Source of the DNA: Gnetum montanum
Taxonomy: Eukaryota > Plantae > Gnetophyta
Direction: 5' to 3'
Assembly: GCA_015680685.1 (NCBI GenBank)
Contig: MNCI01000851.1
Span: 383,157 to 447,156 of the forward strand
DNA length: 64,000 bases
Made by a program: the position numbers and the translations under genes. The notes beneath the pieces are model-generated. The model was not told the origin of the DNA and searched no databases. It saw only the letters and a list, made by a program, of their open reading frames with translations. Within the stretch, counting starts at the first letter, position 1. Every line of letters begins with the position of its first letter. Shown here one piece after another: positions 1 to 13,200 of the stretch.

Positions 1-2150
1 TATAATAAATATAATAAAACATACAATGAGTTGACTCTAGAAGTGACAACTTATTTTTCGATAGGCACATATCACCTCTTCCCAACTAAAGGGCTCAATA
101 GAATCTCAACCTATGTGGCTGGGGGAAGTGTAATATTAATGGGAAAATACAATGCTAATCTTCCCCAAATGTACTTCATGGAAATCCAAAGGTAGTTTGA
201 AAAAAATAAGTTAGGGAAGCCAATACTTCCATTTCCTTGCTTGATCAAGAAGCTATGCAAGCATGTTGGAATCCTAGGATACACTGATGACATTCCTAGG
301 AGGGCTTAAAAGGCTTCTTTTGCTGAGTTTCTTAAACCTACAGCATCAAGGAAAGACCTTGGTGAAGAATAAGAAATAGAAAAGGAGCTAGAAATAGAAA
401 ATGAAATGGAGCAAGAGCTTAAGTAGCAGTGTGATTCATAAGTTTCACTGCCACCACCACAAGATTACTAGCTTGCAATGAGCCATCTGTAGTGCATTGC
501 TAAAACTCTTAGTTGGGGAAGTAGGGATGAATCAAACCTCTTCTGAGTTATCAATGATGTGCAACCCACCATTTCTACCATTTCATCAAGGGAGAAGATT
601 TTCTTACAATCAGGTGAAGAAGCCCAATGGTCACAACAGATCTTTAGGAACACTGCATCTTTTCAAGTAATGCTCCAAATAGGAGAAGGTGCTATTGTTG
701 TGGTTATGTCACATCAAGATGTTGTAGGAGTAGCAAAGGTAATAATAGATCACATCAAATAATCCTTTAATATGCTTGTTATGCCCCCAATGGACTTGAC
801 TGGAACCAAAGATGCCCAAATGCTAGCTGGAACTTTAATGAGTCCTGTAGCCCATGAGGATGTACTTGATAGATTGTTGTAGATGGAACACGTGATGACC
901 ACTCTTTTTGACATCCCCAGTGATGTCACTCTAGGCCAATTAGACTTCATTTCCATAAATAAAAGTTATTCATGGTAGAGATAATGGTAGAGCATGGAGA
1001 AATAGAACTACATCAACTACAATAAGAGTTGGCTGCCCTGAAAGTTGAAAGATGGAACCTTGCCTAATTTGTTGCACTTGACCAACTGGACCAATTCTGA
1101 ATAGAGCTGCTAAACCAATTGATTAAACAAAATAAAGCTATTGAGTAAGAGAATGAGAAGGCAATTTGGAATGCCTCAGCTACTGAAGCTCAAGCATGTG
1201 TTCATAAGAAGGCAATGATCATCACACAATAAGAGAAAAAGCAACTTGTTGCTGATAATGCTAGGTTGAGCGTTGTTAAGAAATAGAAGAACATTTTTGA
1301 AGAAAGTATCCACTAGTTGAAAGAATAAGTGGTGAGAGTCAACTAAGAAATTAATAGATTGGCCAAAGAAAGTTGAACCCTCTCAATGGAGGAGGTGTGC
1401 ACAATATGTTAGAAATTTGCAATTGAAATAAGTGCATGGAAAAATGAGGCTAAGAAACATGAAAAGTTGACAAATTGACATGTACAAACATACCAATGAA
1501 AAAGAAATCTAGATGAAAAAAGCTTTGATTAGTTCCATGTCAGTGTAGAATCCTGACTGGTAGCCAATCTTGGATAGTTATGCATTGGTCCATGAAGTAA
1601 AGAAAAGAACAAGAACCTGTAGATTAAAGATTTGAAAGAATACATGGTATTTTCTAACCTTCAATATGTTAACCTTACCATGTTAATAGTAGGCCAACCT
1701 AGAAATGAGCTAAAGTAGGAAGTAGTGGCTACTTATGTGCTATATGAAAAAGAGTTTGTTGATAGGAAAGATTCTCTATAGAAGCTCCACATGGTAAATT
1801 TAGAATTTCAAATAATGACGTCTTGCTACCATAGGCAAAGAGATGAACCCTCTAACCTAGCTAAAAGATTAATAGATCAACATGAATTGAAAGAAAATGT
1901 TAGGGCCTTTGAGGAGAAATGACGGTAGTTTGTAGCTTGGTACATGAAAGCAAACAAAATTTTTCCATAGCTGCCATGCTTGTGGGATGTGCCAATTTTG
2001 GCACACATCAAATCATCAACTTGGATAGTACATGACCCAAGAATGAAGGAGGAAAAGTTGTAGGAACTCCTAAAATACAACAAATTTCACAAGCCTGACA
2101 ATAAGGAGAAGTGACTGATGGAGGAGCCATCACCTCTAGAAACTACATGA
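1..2150 (+). pseudogene. Decayed Athila env-like (3' accessory) ORF: plant-transposon-protein-like domain followed by a long coiled-coil-like region
   Basis: Manual translation gives KPILPFPCLIKKLCKHVGI at about 215-275, matching the LPFPxLIxxLCxxxGV motif of Athila env-like ORFs. Glu/Lys-rich reading continues through many stops. It lies just upstream of a PPT and LTR. The 5' end is outside the window. Confidence 0.65.
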
Positions 2151-2338
2151 GCTCTTCCAATTTTGTGTCTTGTAATGTTGTGTCCATATTTTTTGTAAAA
2201 CACCACTACTACATGAAAGAGTTAATTTATGTATTTATTTAAGTCATTTAATAATCCCATACCTTCCTAATTTTTTGTAAAAACTTGTTCCTCATTTTGT
2301 TTAACTTGAGGATAAGTTTTCAATTAGTTGTGGGGGTA

Positions 2339-3203
2339 TGATTAGTCATGTTTTGCAAGGCTATGGTATCAGATATCTGATGTCTGGTATCTGATATTGG
2401 GGCACAACCTCCAATGTTGGGCATATCATATCACCCCTTCCATGCTAGCTTATAAATACCACACTTGGATGTAGGGTTCAGATACAGATTTTAAATAGCT
2501 TTTTCATATATTTCAAAGTAGTCATAATTTTGTTTTCTAGTGCATGCCCACATTGTGATGTTAAGTGATTGTACGACATCCTTATTCAAGTGTGATGTAC
2601 TTGGATGCATTGCGTGATCAACAATAAAGATTGAGATTACTTTCATCATTATAACATCCACTTAGATTTATTATTGCTTTTAATTACTTAAATGTTTACT
2701 ATTTTTTGAGTTAATGTTTCCATTCATTGCTCTTTATTATTCATGTCATTAAGTAGAATAAGTACAACTAATCGTGAGTGCTTAAGTATAATTACTTGGT
2801 AGCTCAATAGTGTATCGTTTGGTATGCCTAGTGATGTACGCTTGGTAATTCCAATGGTAGTTATGCGAAGTCCAAGGCATGTATGGACAATTAGGAACAA
2901 ATACTTATCACACATAGGCTAGTTTAGATGTTACTTTTCATTATTAATTAAATTAAATACTTAATTTCTTTCTTATCCTTTGGCATAGCTTAGGGTCAAA
3001 AAACATCAACTATCTTATGTCTCACTTTGGACTAAACTATACATGACAAAGCTACCACTAGTCTAAGTGGGAAGACAATGAATCGCAATCAAGACATAAT
3101 GATCTAGATACCACAACTAGTCCCATCCATAGAATTCAACTGAATCATGTGTGAATGCTTGTGATTTGTATGTATGGGCATAGGGGTACCTTGCCACTCA
3201 TCA
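2339..3203 (+). mobile_element. Athila-like 3' LTR
   Basis: Preceded by the PPT-like AGTTGTGGGGGTA. Starts TGAT and ends GCCACTCATCA, the same terminus as the LTRs at 31053, 44471, 52428 and 55333. GATATC-like repeats precede TATAAAT at about 2451. No PBS follows. Confidence 0.8.
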
Positions 3204-4603
3204 CCTTCTCTTAAATAATTTTACAAATTATCTTTAATTCACTAGGTTAGTTATATATTTGTAATATATATCTATAATTTGACTGAGAAGATCTATGTAG
3301 ATTTGATGCATTCCAGAACAATTTTGATCAAATCATAATAATTTTATGATGAGACGGATAACTTATTCTAAGTTTGATAATAAATCATATGCTATAAAAT
3401 ATTTGTGAATTGTCATGAATTATTTTCCATGCATGCTCCTCTTACCCTTTAGAATTTCCTTTCTCATGTATTCCAAGACATAAACATAAAAGTTATTATT
3501 TTGCTTTAAGTAAATATGTTGGCATTATAGATGAAATATTATATATAAATTATTATTTACCTTTACATACAGGCTCCCTTGAGTGTTATGGACAGAATAT
3601 TATTTAGTATCAGTAAGGTATAATTGGTAGTTGGCCTCTTGGTCAAACTTATTAAAATTTATTTTAGGAAAGGGTAGGAGGATGGGGATGATATATTAAT
3701 AATAAGCAAAAAATTCAAAGTACATCACATGCTAGACACTATGTAGTAAACATTAAAAATACCATAGAAAGGAAAAACTTTCCAATTTTAGGAATGTTTA
3801 CTCAGTTATACAACCTTACAATTGATTCTTTGAAAAATCAAGAAAAGAAAATTAATTTTAAAGAGGGAGAAATATCCTAGCCCTAACAACATTTACATCA
3901 AATTTAAAATTCTTTCTTGAACTTAAAATTACAAAAGGATTTATGGTAGAAAAATGTGGTGAAATACCAATATTTTTATCAAAGTAAGATTCACCAAAAA
4001 ATGCCTGTGTAACTTTTGAATGACCTTCACTTTGTAACAACTATAACCAATATTTTTATCATACCAATATTTTAAATGGTTATAATGATTATTGGTGGTA
4101 AGATGGATTTTGAATGGTTATATTTTGAAATACCAATATTTTTATCAAAGTTAATCATTACCACCAACTATAACCATCTTATTAACACTAGTTTTAATAT
4201 TTGGATTAACAATATTATTATTGGATAAGAAATAATTTATTTATAATCTATTTATCCAAACTAATCAATAATTTCAATAGTATAAGCAGAAATATTCATA
4301 TAAGCTTCTATCTTCCCTAGTTTCTTGATTGACATTTGATCATTCTTATCATTCACATTAACTTGAATTTTTGTCTCTTTAGATTTGCAAGTTTTTTTAA
4401 TCCTCAAATTCAACATAGTTTTTCCTTTCTACTTGTTTTTTCTTGAGCAAAGAGAACAAACATTAAATAAATGTCCATGATAACAAAAATTACAAGAATT
4501 AGGAATATTATGGTATGTAATTGGTTGAATATACATCTTTCCACCTAGTTGTAATAGTAATTTCTTTTTACAATTAAGAATATTTATTTCAATAATAAAA
4601 CAT

Positions 4604-4732
4604 CTATGAAAATAAAAGCTATGAAAATAAATTTCATATGCTAAATAGGATTGATAAGACTAATAATTTTTACTNTCTATGAAAATAAATTTCATATGCT
4701 AAATAGGATTGATAAGACTAATAATTTTTACT
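4604..4732. repeat. Near-exact ~55 bp duplication around a single N (probable assembly overlap artefact)
   Basis: ATGAAAATAAATTTCATATGCTAAATAGGATTGATAAGACTAATAATTTTTACT occurs on both sides of the N at 4675. Confidence 0.75.
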
Positions 4733-5730
4733 CATATTTTTGAAAAAATAACAAAAGATTAAATAGCTTGACAAAGTATGGAACTTTAAAATATTCTTTA
4801 GATTAGCTATCAAAATATAGAGTTCACTTATGAATGATAAACACTGCATGCTTATCTATAAATGATCCTATATCTAGAGAATGTTTCATCATTGAAGCAT
4901 TACTTCACTAAACAACTAGAAAAAAACAAAAATAATACTTGGCATGGATGACTTGAATATTACGCTTTTGTTATTTTATTTATTAACACCAAATTCCTAT
5001 TAAATTTTTCCCTCAATGCAATGAACTGATATTGTGAGTATTTTTTCCATAAATTATATTATCAAGTCAATGTTTCATCAATTTGATTTGTATACTTAAA
5101 TGTCTTTGCATTTAATAGAGATTTAAATATCTTTTAACTTAACAGTGGTTGAAATCTTTTGTTTGCTTGTTTTATCATTTTTATGTAATTGAGACCAATT
5201 GTATTTATTCTCCATCTTTTAAAATATTATAGAGATAAAATTTTTAGAACCATAAGATACAAGTTAGAGTGTCATCTTGTAGTATTTTAAGGCTATATTA
5301 CTAGGCCCATATATGTAGGTGGTCAAGACTTGAAGTTCGAACTCAACCATCAAAAACATAAGGAATTGGTGTTCTTCCTATAATTTTTTATCATTTAATT
5401 AGTTATATTTCATGAATTTTTTTTAAAGCCTTTTTATTGCTTGAATATTAGTATCCATCTTCATGTAATAAACCAATTATACATTTTACGACTTCCATGG
5501 ATTGATTTAGAAACAGTTTTGTGTACTTTTGCCATGGATACATCACACCTTTTTACTATATTCGTTATGCATTATATGATTTTTTAAAAATATATCCTTT
5601 TGATTTTTCTCTATAATTATATTTGTACTGTAGGTTTGCAAATATTTCTTGGAGGCTATGGAGAAAAACCAGTATGAATGATTCTAGGTTTGTTCAAATG
5701 TTGAAAAGGATTGTCGCTATAGGCATGCTC

Positions 5731-8700
5731 TATGAGGTGGATGAAGGAAATTATGCCTTTGCCTTGATTTTCTTTCGATAGTTCTACCTTGCCTTGGTAT
5801 AATTTTATTCATGTCTCTATTATATTTGGTCATGTACCTATCCCCAAAAAAATAAAATACCTTATCCCCTTTTTAATTTTGGGTTTATTTTTGTAACCCA
5901 AACAATATGTAAGGATCTCAAAAGGAGCATCCATTGCTCTACATTCTTTTGAAGCATAAGCTTGAGAGTAATTTCCCCTCCTTTGTAAATGCCTTGGTAT
6001 AAGCTTCAATTCTTTGAAGTTTTTTTTCACCTTGAATATTTCCCTAGGGTAACTTTGTGTCTTTTTAATTTTGCAATTGCTTTTAGATTGAATATTATAT
6101 TGGTTTGGTGCAAGCGATTGGGAATAACAATTGGTATTGGCGCAAGGTTCCATGCACCACTATTATTTTGTCAAGTAATTACAAGAAAAATCATGACCAA
6201 CTCTCTAACCAAAATTTAAATTGAAAAGTTTAATAGGTCTAACTATGAATTATGAAAGATCAAGATGGAGGCTCTCCTCATTGAAAAGGACCAACATAGT
6301 GTATTTTCGGGAGTAAAGACAAATAAGATGTTTGATGAAGAGTGGGAAAAGTTAAACCTGAAGGTGATAAGTACAATTCATTTATGTTTTTTAGATTCAA
6401 TATTGCTTAATGTTTCCACTATTTTTTCTACTAAAGATTTATGGGATAAATTGCAAACTTTGTGTCAAACAAAGTCCCTAACCAAGAAGTTTTTGTTGAA
6501 GAAAAAATTATAGGATTGTAAATGATTAAAGGTACTATCATTACAAAACACTTGAATGTATTTAATACACTGGTCTATCAATTGCAATCTATGGGGGGTG
6601 AAAATGGATGAGGAAGATCAATGCATCACACGTCTCCATACACTTCTAGATTCTTGGAAGACATTTGTGATTGTTGTAAGTAATACATCTACTAGCTTTA
6701 TTTTTGATAATATTGTGATCAATGGTTATTTGAGGAAGCAAGAAAAAAAAATTCTACTCAAAATGATGTATTATTTATCAAAAATGATGTAAAGCCAAAG
6801 TTTGTTAAGAGACCTCAATTTAAGAATAAGCCTTAAAAACTTGTAAAGAAGCCACCTAAATGTTAGAATGCTAGTAAATTTGGTTATCTAAAGAAAGATT
6901 GTAAAGCCCCTTTGAAAAAGGATAAAGAGAGTAATGCATCAAAAAGTGATAAAGCCCCTCCTGCTCAAGAGGGAGATTTGTATCTTGTCTCATCTTTTGA
7001 TAATGCTAATACATATTCATGGTATGTGGACTCGGTTGCATCTCATCACTAGACTTCACATGTTGATTGGTTCAATGAGTATACATCATATGATCTTGGA
7101 ATGGTAAGATTGGGTAATGATGGTTTATGCAAAGTTATAGGTTATGGAAAGGTAAAGATTCAGTTTAAAATGGAGTAGTTAAATCAATTCCCAATGTATG
7201 TCATGTTTAAACACTTACTAAAAATATTTTGTCTGTAAGTGAATTGGATGATGTAGGACTAACTATTATCTTTGGAGGTAGAAAATGTTCAATATTTCAT
7301 GGTTTATCTCTTTTGGCTTTTGAAATTAAAACAAGCAAGTTGTATAAATTAGAAGCTAAGACATTAAAGTAGAGATTAAGTGCATTTGTAGTTATTGATT
7401 TAAATTTAAGTATTAATTTGTGGCATAAAAGAATGGGATATCTTTGTGAAAAAGGACTTAAGGAACTTTACAAGCAAGGTAAATTTAAGCTTTTAAAAGA
7501 TTCCTTGGATTTCTGCCATCATTGTCTACATGATAAACAAAGGTCTCACAATTTCAAATAAGTAATGATAAATCTCTTCAGATATTAGAACTAATACATA
7601 GTGATGTATGTGAACCAATTAAAGATATTAAAATAAGTTCTCTTGGAGGTGCTATGTATTATGTTTCTTTTATTGATGATTATTCTAGAAAGAGCTAGAT
7701 CTATTTATTAAAACATAAGTTTGAAGTATTTGAAAAATTCATAGAATTCAAAGATCTTGTTGAGAATTATTTAGGAAAGAAAATAAAAAATATAAGAATT
7801 GACAATGATGGTGAGTTTTGCTCAAATAAATTTAATGGTTTTTTTTGTAAAGAATAAGACATTCAAAGGAAAAAGACTATTCCAGGGACTCCTAAACAAA
7901 ATGGAGTAGCAAAGTGTTTCAATCAAAGATTAATGAAATGTGTTAGATGTATGCTCAGTGAATCTAATCTTGACAACCATTTTTGAGGTGAAGTAGTAAT
8001 GATTACCTGTTATCTTTTTAATAGATCTCCTTAATCAACTATTGATGGAAAAACTCCAAAGGAAGTCTAGAGTGGTAGGTCCATTAATTTAAACTATATG
8101 AAGATTTTTGGTTGTGAAGCCTATGTACATGTTCCAAAATCTGATAGGTTCAAATTAGACTCTAAGTCTATTAAATGTATTTTTCTTCGCTATGAACATC
8201 ATGTCAAAGCTTATAAGTTATATAACCCACAAAATAAAAGGATTATTTATAGTCCAGATGTTATCTTTAGAGAAAAATGTGGATCTATGAAGGAGGAATC
8301 TTCTAATACTAAAACTTCTTTAAATGATGTAACTTCGATGTATGTGCTTGTTGAAATTAAAAATGAAATTTCTAAGGGTCATCCTCCCTCAATTGGGGAT
8401 ACTACCCCTAGCAAACAAGATGGTGATAGCATGGTAAATGAAGAGGAACAACATGAAGATGGAGAAAATACTTTTTTGTAAAGATGAGCTATTAAGATGT
8501 TCAACATGTATAAGAAAATTACCCTTACATCTAAGAAAATATGTTTTGTTTACTATAAATAATGATCCATCAACATATGATGAGGCATGTTCATCTATGC
8601 AAAATGCAAAGTTCAAATAGGCAATGGATGCTAAAATGTCATCAATTCATAAAAATAAAACATGAGAATTAACTGAGCTTCCATCAAAGAAAAAACCCAT

Positions 8701-10474
8701 TGAAAATAATTAGGTGTACAAAATAAAATTTGGACAAAGCACGACTTGTAGCTAAAGGATTTTATCAAAGAAAGTGGATTGATTATGATGAAATCTTTTC
8801 TCCAGTAGTAAAATTAACATCCATAAGATCATTGTTGGCTATCACAGTTGTTTATGATCTTGAACTTGAACAAATGGATGTGAAAACAACATTTTTCAAT
8901 GGTGATCTTGAGGAAGAAATATATATGCTTCAACCTGAAAGATATAAAATTAAAAGAAAAGAGCATATGGTGTATTGATTATTAAAATCACTATATGGGT
9001 TGAAACAAGCAACAAGGATGTGGAATAGAAAATTTAATGACCACATCATAAATCTTGACTTTGTTAGAAGTGTTGAAGACTCCTATATGTATGTTAAAAA
9101 ATACAAGTGATAAATATGTTATCTTGTTGCTATATGTCAATGACATGTTAATAACAGGTAATAACATACATGATATTCATGAGTTAAAACTTCATCTGTC
9201 TTCTTAATTTGAGATGAGGGATCTTGGTGCTACACAAAAAATTTTGGTCATGGAAATTAAAAAGGATAGGGCTAATAAAAAGCTTTGGCTTGGATAGTTT
9301 GCATATGTTGAAAATATTTTAAAAATATTTAATATGCATAATTGCAATCCTGGGATGACACCTTATGAAACTAGTATTAAACTTTTAGTTGAACAATGCC
9401 CAAAGATAAGTGAAGAAAAGAGTTCATGGTTAAAATTCCATATGCTAGTGCTAAATTATTGGAAAACCTAGTAGGTATATGTCTAATAGAGGGAAAAAAC
9501 ACTAAATTGCAATGAAGTGAGTCTTCCAATATTTTCATGGTACTTCAAATTATGGGATTTGTTATAAAATTGATTCCAATGAACTTCATGACTTCATTGA
9601 TGTCGAATGGGATGGTAATATTGATAGTAGGAAATCTATTAGTGAATATGTGTTCAATCTTTTTGGTGGTTCTATTTCTTGGAAAAGTCAAAAACAATCT
9701 TGTGTTACTCAGTCTACCACTGAAGTTAAATATGTTTTTACTAACTTGGCATGTAGAGAGGCTATATGGCTCCAAAGGCTAATAGCTAAACTTGGCATCA
9801 CTCAATTTTCAATTAATATTAACTGTGAAAGTCAAAATTCCATAAGCATATCCAAGAACCCCAACATTTCATGCTCGAACGAAGCACATTGAAATATAGT
9901 ATCATTATATTGGAAGAAAATTAAAAAGCAAAGGATTCTTCTAAATAAAATTTCAACTTGCAAATGTACTCACCAAGTCAACTCCTATTGAAAAGTTTTT
10001 GTGGTGTTGATTAGCATTTAGTCTTTTTTTGACTTGATTTCCTAAAATGGTCTAAACTCTACCTTTGCCTTGATTTTATTTAGATGTTTTTTCCTTGCCT
10101 TGTTATAATTTTATTGGTGTTTATGATATATTTGGTCTTGTACCTATCCCTACAAAAATAAACTACCTTATCCTCCTTTTAATTTTGGGTTTATTTGTGT
10201 AACCTAAACAATATATAAGGAGCTCAAAGGCAGCATCCATTGCACTACATTTTTTTGAAGCATAAGCTTGAGAGTCATTTCCCCTCCTCTATAAATTCTT
10301 CTTGAGCTTCAATTCTCTAAAGCTATGCTACTGATAATGGTCTAGGAGCTAATTTTTTGTTGAAGTTTTTCACCTTGAAGGTTCTCCCTAAGGTAACTCT
10401 GTATCCTCTTGATTTCTACAATTGCATTTAAACTGAATATTATATTGGTTTGGTGCAAGCAATTGAGAATAACA
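5731..10474 (+). mobile_element. Full-length decayed Ty1/Copia retrotransposon (Tork/Tnt1-like)
   Basis: Direct-repeat LTRs at 5731-6129 and about 10060-10474, both ending GAATAACA. TSD TGCTC at 5726-5730 and 10475-10479. Degenerate Met-type PBS TGGTATTGGCGC at 6132. Domains in gag-PR-INT-RT-RH order. Confidence 0.92.
6193..10030 (+). pseudogene. Copia gag-pol, with many stops and frameshifts
   Basis: gag IEKFNRSNYEL*KIKMEALL; protease WYVDSVASHH (~7020); integrase LELIHSDVC (~7585) and KIFGCEAYVHVPK; RT KARLVAKGF...QMDVKTTF and LLLYVNDML; RNase H ISWKSQKQSCVTQSTTEVKY. Confidence 0.9.
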
Positions 10475-10540
10475 TGCTCTTCTTCCTGGCTATGTTTTAA
10501 AATCTAAAATAAAAGCTTTATTAGATAAAGAGACTGAAGA

Positions 10541-10576
10541 ATATATATATACATACATATATATATATATATATAT
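10541..10576. repeat. (TA)n microsatellite inside the ZC3H15-like exon remnant
   Basis: ATATATATATACATACATATATATATATATATATAT interrupts the reading between ETEE and IEEEIEN. Confidence 0.9.
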
Positions 10577-11029
10577 TGAAGAGGAAATTGAGAATAGAGG
10601 CTTGAGAATATCTCGATTACAATCGTTGCTTATTTCCTCGACAAAATAGAGGCCCAAGTAGTTGGATCTCCAGTCTAGGCATCAGCTGATCTTAAAAACA
10701 AGAATAACAGTTTCTTAATAACCATCCGGATACAAAATGCCAATCCACTACGAGACTATTGAAATAATTGCAAATAACGCAAGGCTCTGAAAGATCACAG
10801 CAGAAATCGCTGACACAAGAGTCAGAGCTAGGAATGCTAATTGAATAATATAAGCAGGTAAATGATGACTGCCCATAGCAATGCTGATCTGTGAAACTTT
10901 ATAGCGACAGTAGGAACTACTGAAAAAGTCGTGAAGGATGGGGTAGTCAGACAACACTGCTACTGGGGTTGCTACTGGAGGCATTTCTGGCTTAGATGAG
11001 AGGCCGCATAGAGGGGAAACCTTCACGTA

Positions 11030-13200
11030 TCAATAACCGTGTTGCATAGAGGGGCATCACACCAAGGGCTAGTGTTGCAATTGCATCAACTATGGCATTT
11101 TCATTTTGAGGTATGTGTTGGATATCAATGTCTATGAATTGTTGTAATAACTCCTTCCCTAGGTCATAGTAAGGTTGTAAGTGCTTAGTTTTACATGCAT
11201 AGACTTTGGTTACTTGGTTAACCACAAGTTATGAATTGCCCTTAATGGCTAGGCTTCTAATTCCTAGGTCATAAGCTACCATCATTCCTTTGATCAAACC
11301 CTCATATTTTGCTATGTTGTTGGTACATGGGAACCAAAAATGATAGGAAAAGGATCAGATCTCACTAAATGGAAATGTTATGATGGTAGCAGCACTAGCC
11401 CAATGGATGGTTGAAGCTCTATCAAAGTTCATCACTACCTCATATCCCTCAAGCACTTGGCTAATTGTGTTAATGTGTTCATTGAGGAACTCAAGATTTA
11501 TGACTACTTGGTCATCAATAGGTAAAAATATGGATTGTATAGCTACAGCTTGACCTTTCATTGAGGATTGAGATACATAATGGAGGTTGAACTCTACGAT
11601 TATGTCTTTCCATCGGGCTATACAGCTACTTTCATAGATGTTGTTCATTATGGATCTAAGTATGTTATTCTTGCAAATTATGTTGACTTGGCTTCTGAAG
11701 AGGTAGTATCTCCATTTATTCAAAGAGAATACTAGTGCTAGGCAATACTTTGCCACTTCAGTGTATTGGGTCTCATGGGCTACTTGCGCAAGGCTAAGGT
11801 AGTATACAAGCATTTCTACTTCATCATCATGTTTCTGATAGAGTAGAGAGGAAATGGATATATCAGATATGGTGAGATAAATGTAAAATTATTTACCCTC
11901 TTGTGGAAGATATAATATCAAGAGTTGTGTCAACTCTTGCTTAAGGTTTTCACAGGCCTCTAGGCATTGAGCTATCTACTCATAGTAAACTCCTTTCTGG
12001 AGCAAGTGTTGCATGGGCCTTAACTTATCTGTAATCCTAGCAATAAATGTATGAATAAATTGTAGTCTACCTTGTAATTCTTGAAGCTCATTAAGGTTGG
12101 TAGGTGTTGCTAATTTGGATATGACCTTAACCTTATTAGGATCTATGCATATCCCTACTTTAGGGACTACAAAGCCAAACATCTTACCAGTATTGACACT
12201 GAATACACACTTCTTAGGATTGAGCTTAAGCTCATATTTTAGGCATCATTTAAGAATAAGGCCTAGGTCATTAGCATGGTCATTAGCTATATTAGACTTC
12301 ATGGCTATATCATCTATGTAATCATTAAGCAAACCTAACATGTAATCACTAACGATGTAGGTCATGACTCTCTGGTATGTTGCTCTAGCATTCTTAAGGC
12401 CAAAGGGCATGATGGTATAACAAAAAGTTCCTCATGGCATCATAAAGGTAATGCTCAGTTGGTGCTATGGGTTGATCCTAATTTGGTTATATCCTAAGAG
12501 TCCATCCATAAAGGACAACAAGACATGTTCGAATGTAGTATAGCTATGTTGATCAATACTAGGCAAAGGAAAGTCATCCTTGATGGTTTCTTTATTTAGG
12601 TCTTAAAAATTAATGCAAATACAGATACTCCCATTTTTCTTAGGGACTACCACTATGTTGGATACCCATTCTATGTAATCAACAACCATAATGAAATCTA
12701 CTTGGTAGAGCTTTGAGATTTCATCATGAAGTGCCAAGGCCAAATCAAGTCTAATCTTATGCACTTTTTGCTTAACTAGTCTAATGCTAGGGTCCAATAT
12801 GATGTTGTGCTAGACTAGACATGGGTCTAGGCGTGGAATATCTTCAGGTGACCAAGAAATGTCTTAATGTTATTTTGTAAGACTTTGATGATGTCTTGGG
12901 CATATTAAGGCTCTAGTGAGGAACTTAGTTTAAGGGTTTTCTCCTCACCATTATGTGTTGTGATAGGAACCTCAACCAGAGAGTCTTTGGTTATGTCTCT
13001 TACTTCTAAGTCAAGGGTTTTGACTAGGTTTTCAAGCCATTCTAAAGGTTTTTCTATTGAGGCTATGTGGTCTACAAGACTCTCAAGCTCAAGATCTAGG
13101 TAATTAGGGTCGATGCACCATTGAATATCACCATGAGGTCCATGTAGATACAAAGGCAAACTGATTTACTCCCAGGTACTCATACTTTGATCTTGCATGT
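11030..13200 (-). mobile_element. Tat/Ogre-like Gypsy pol fragment (RT-RH-aRH), decayed
   Basis: RT: EWVSNIVVVPKKNGSICICINF, SFMDGL, MPFGLKNA. RH: CLALVFSLNKWRYYL. Additional RNase H: MNFDRAS...FPCTNNIAKYEGL...LVVNQVT...HIPQNENAIVDAIA. Truncated before integrase. Confidence 0.88.

Larger units (their letters stand above)
5634..10596 (+). pseudogene. ZC3H15: CCCH zinc-finger protein (ZC3H15/Tma46/DFRP1-like) exon, split by a Copia insertion (halves 5634-5730 and 10480-10596)
   Basis: After an AG acceptor at 5632-5633, removing the Copia and one TSD copy gives one frame reading [58 protein letters not shown]. This matches the remembered plant motif [41 protein letters not shown]. Both Trp codons are now stops. 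Confidence 0.85.

Noticed and set aside
3955-4185. MITE-like direct and inverted repeats
   Set aside because: AT-rich short repeats without definable TIR or TSD.
4604-4732. Biological tandem duplication
   Set aside because: Identical copies flank a single N, typical of a contig overlap.
5315-5370. tRNA or SINE-like B box (GTTCGAAC)
   Set aside because: No cloverleaf, clear A box or TSD could be supported.
5830-6219. ORFs of 107 and 76 aa
   Set aside because: They lie within the Copia LTR/PBS and show no coding signature.
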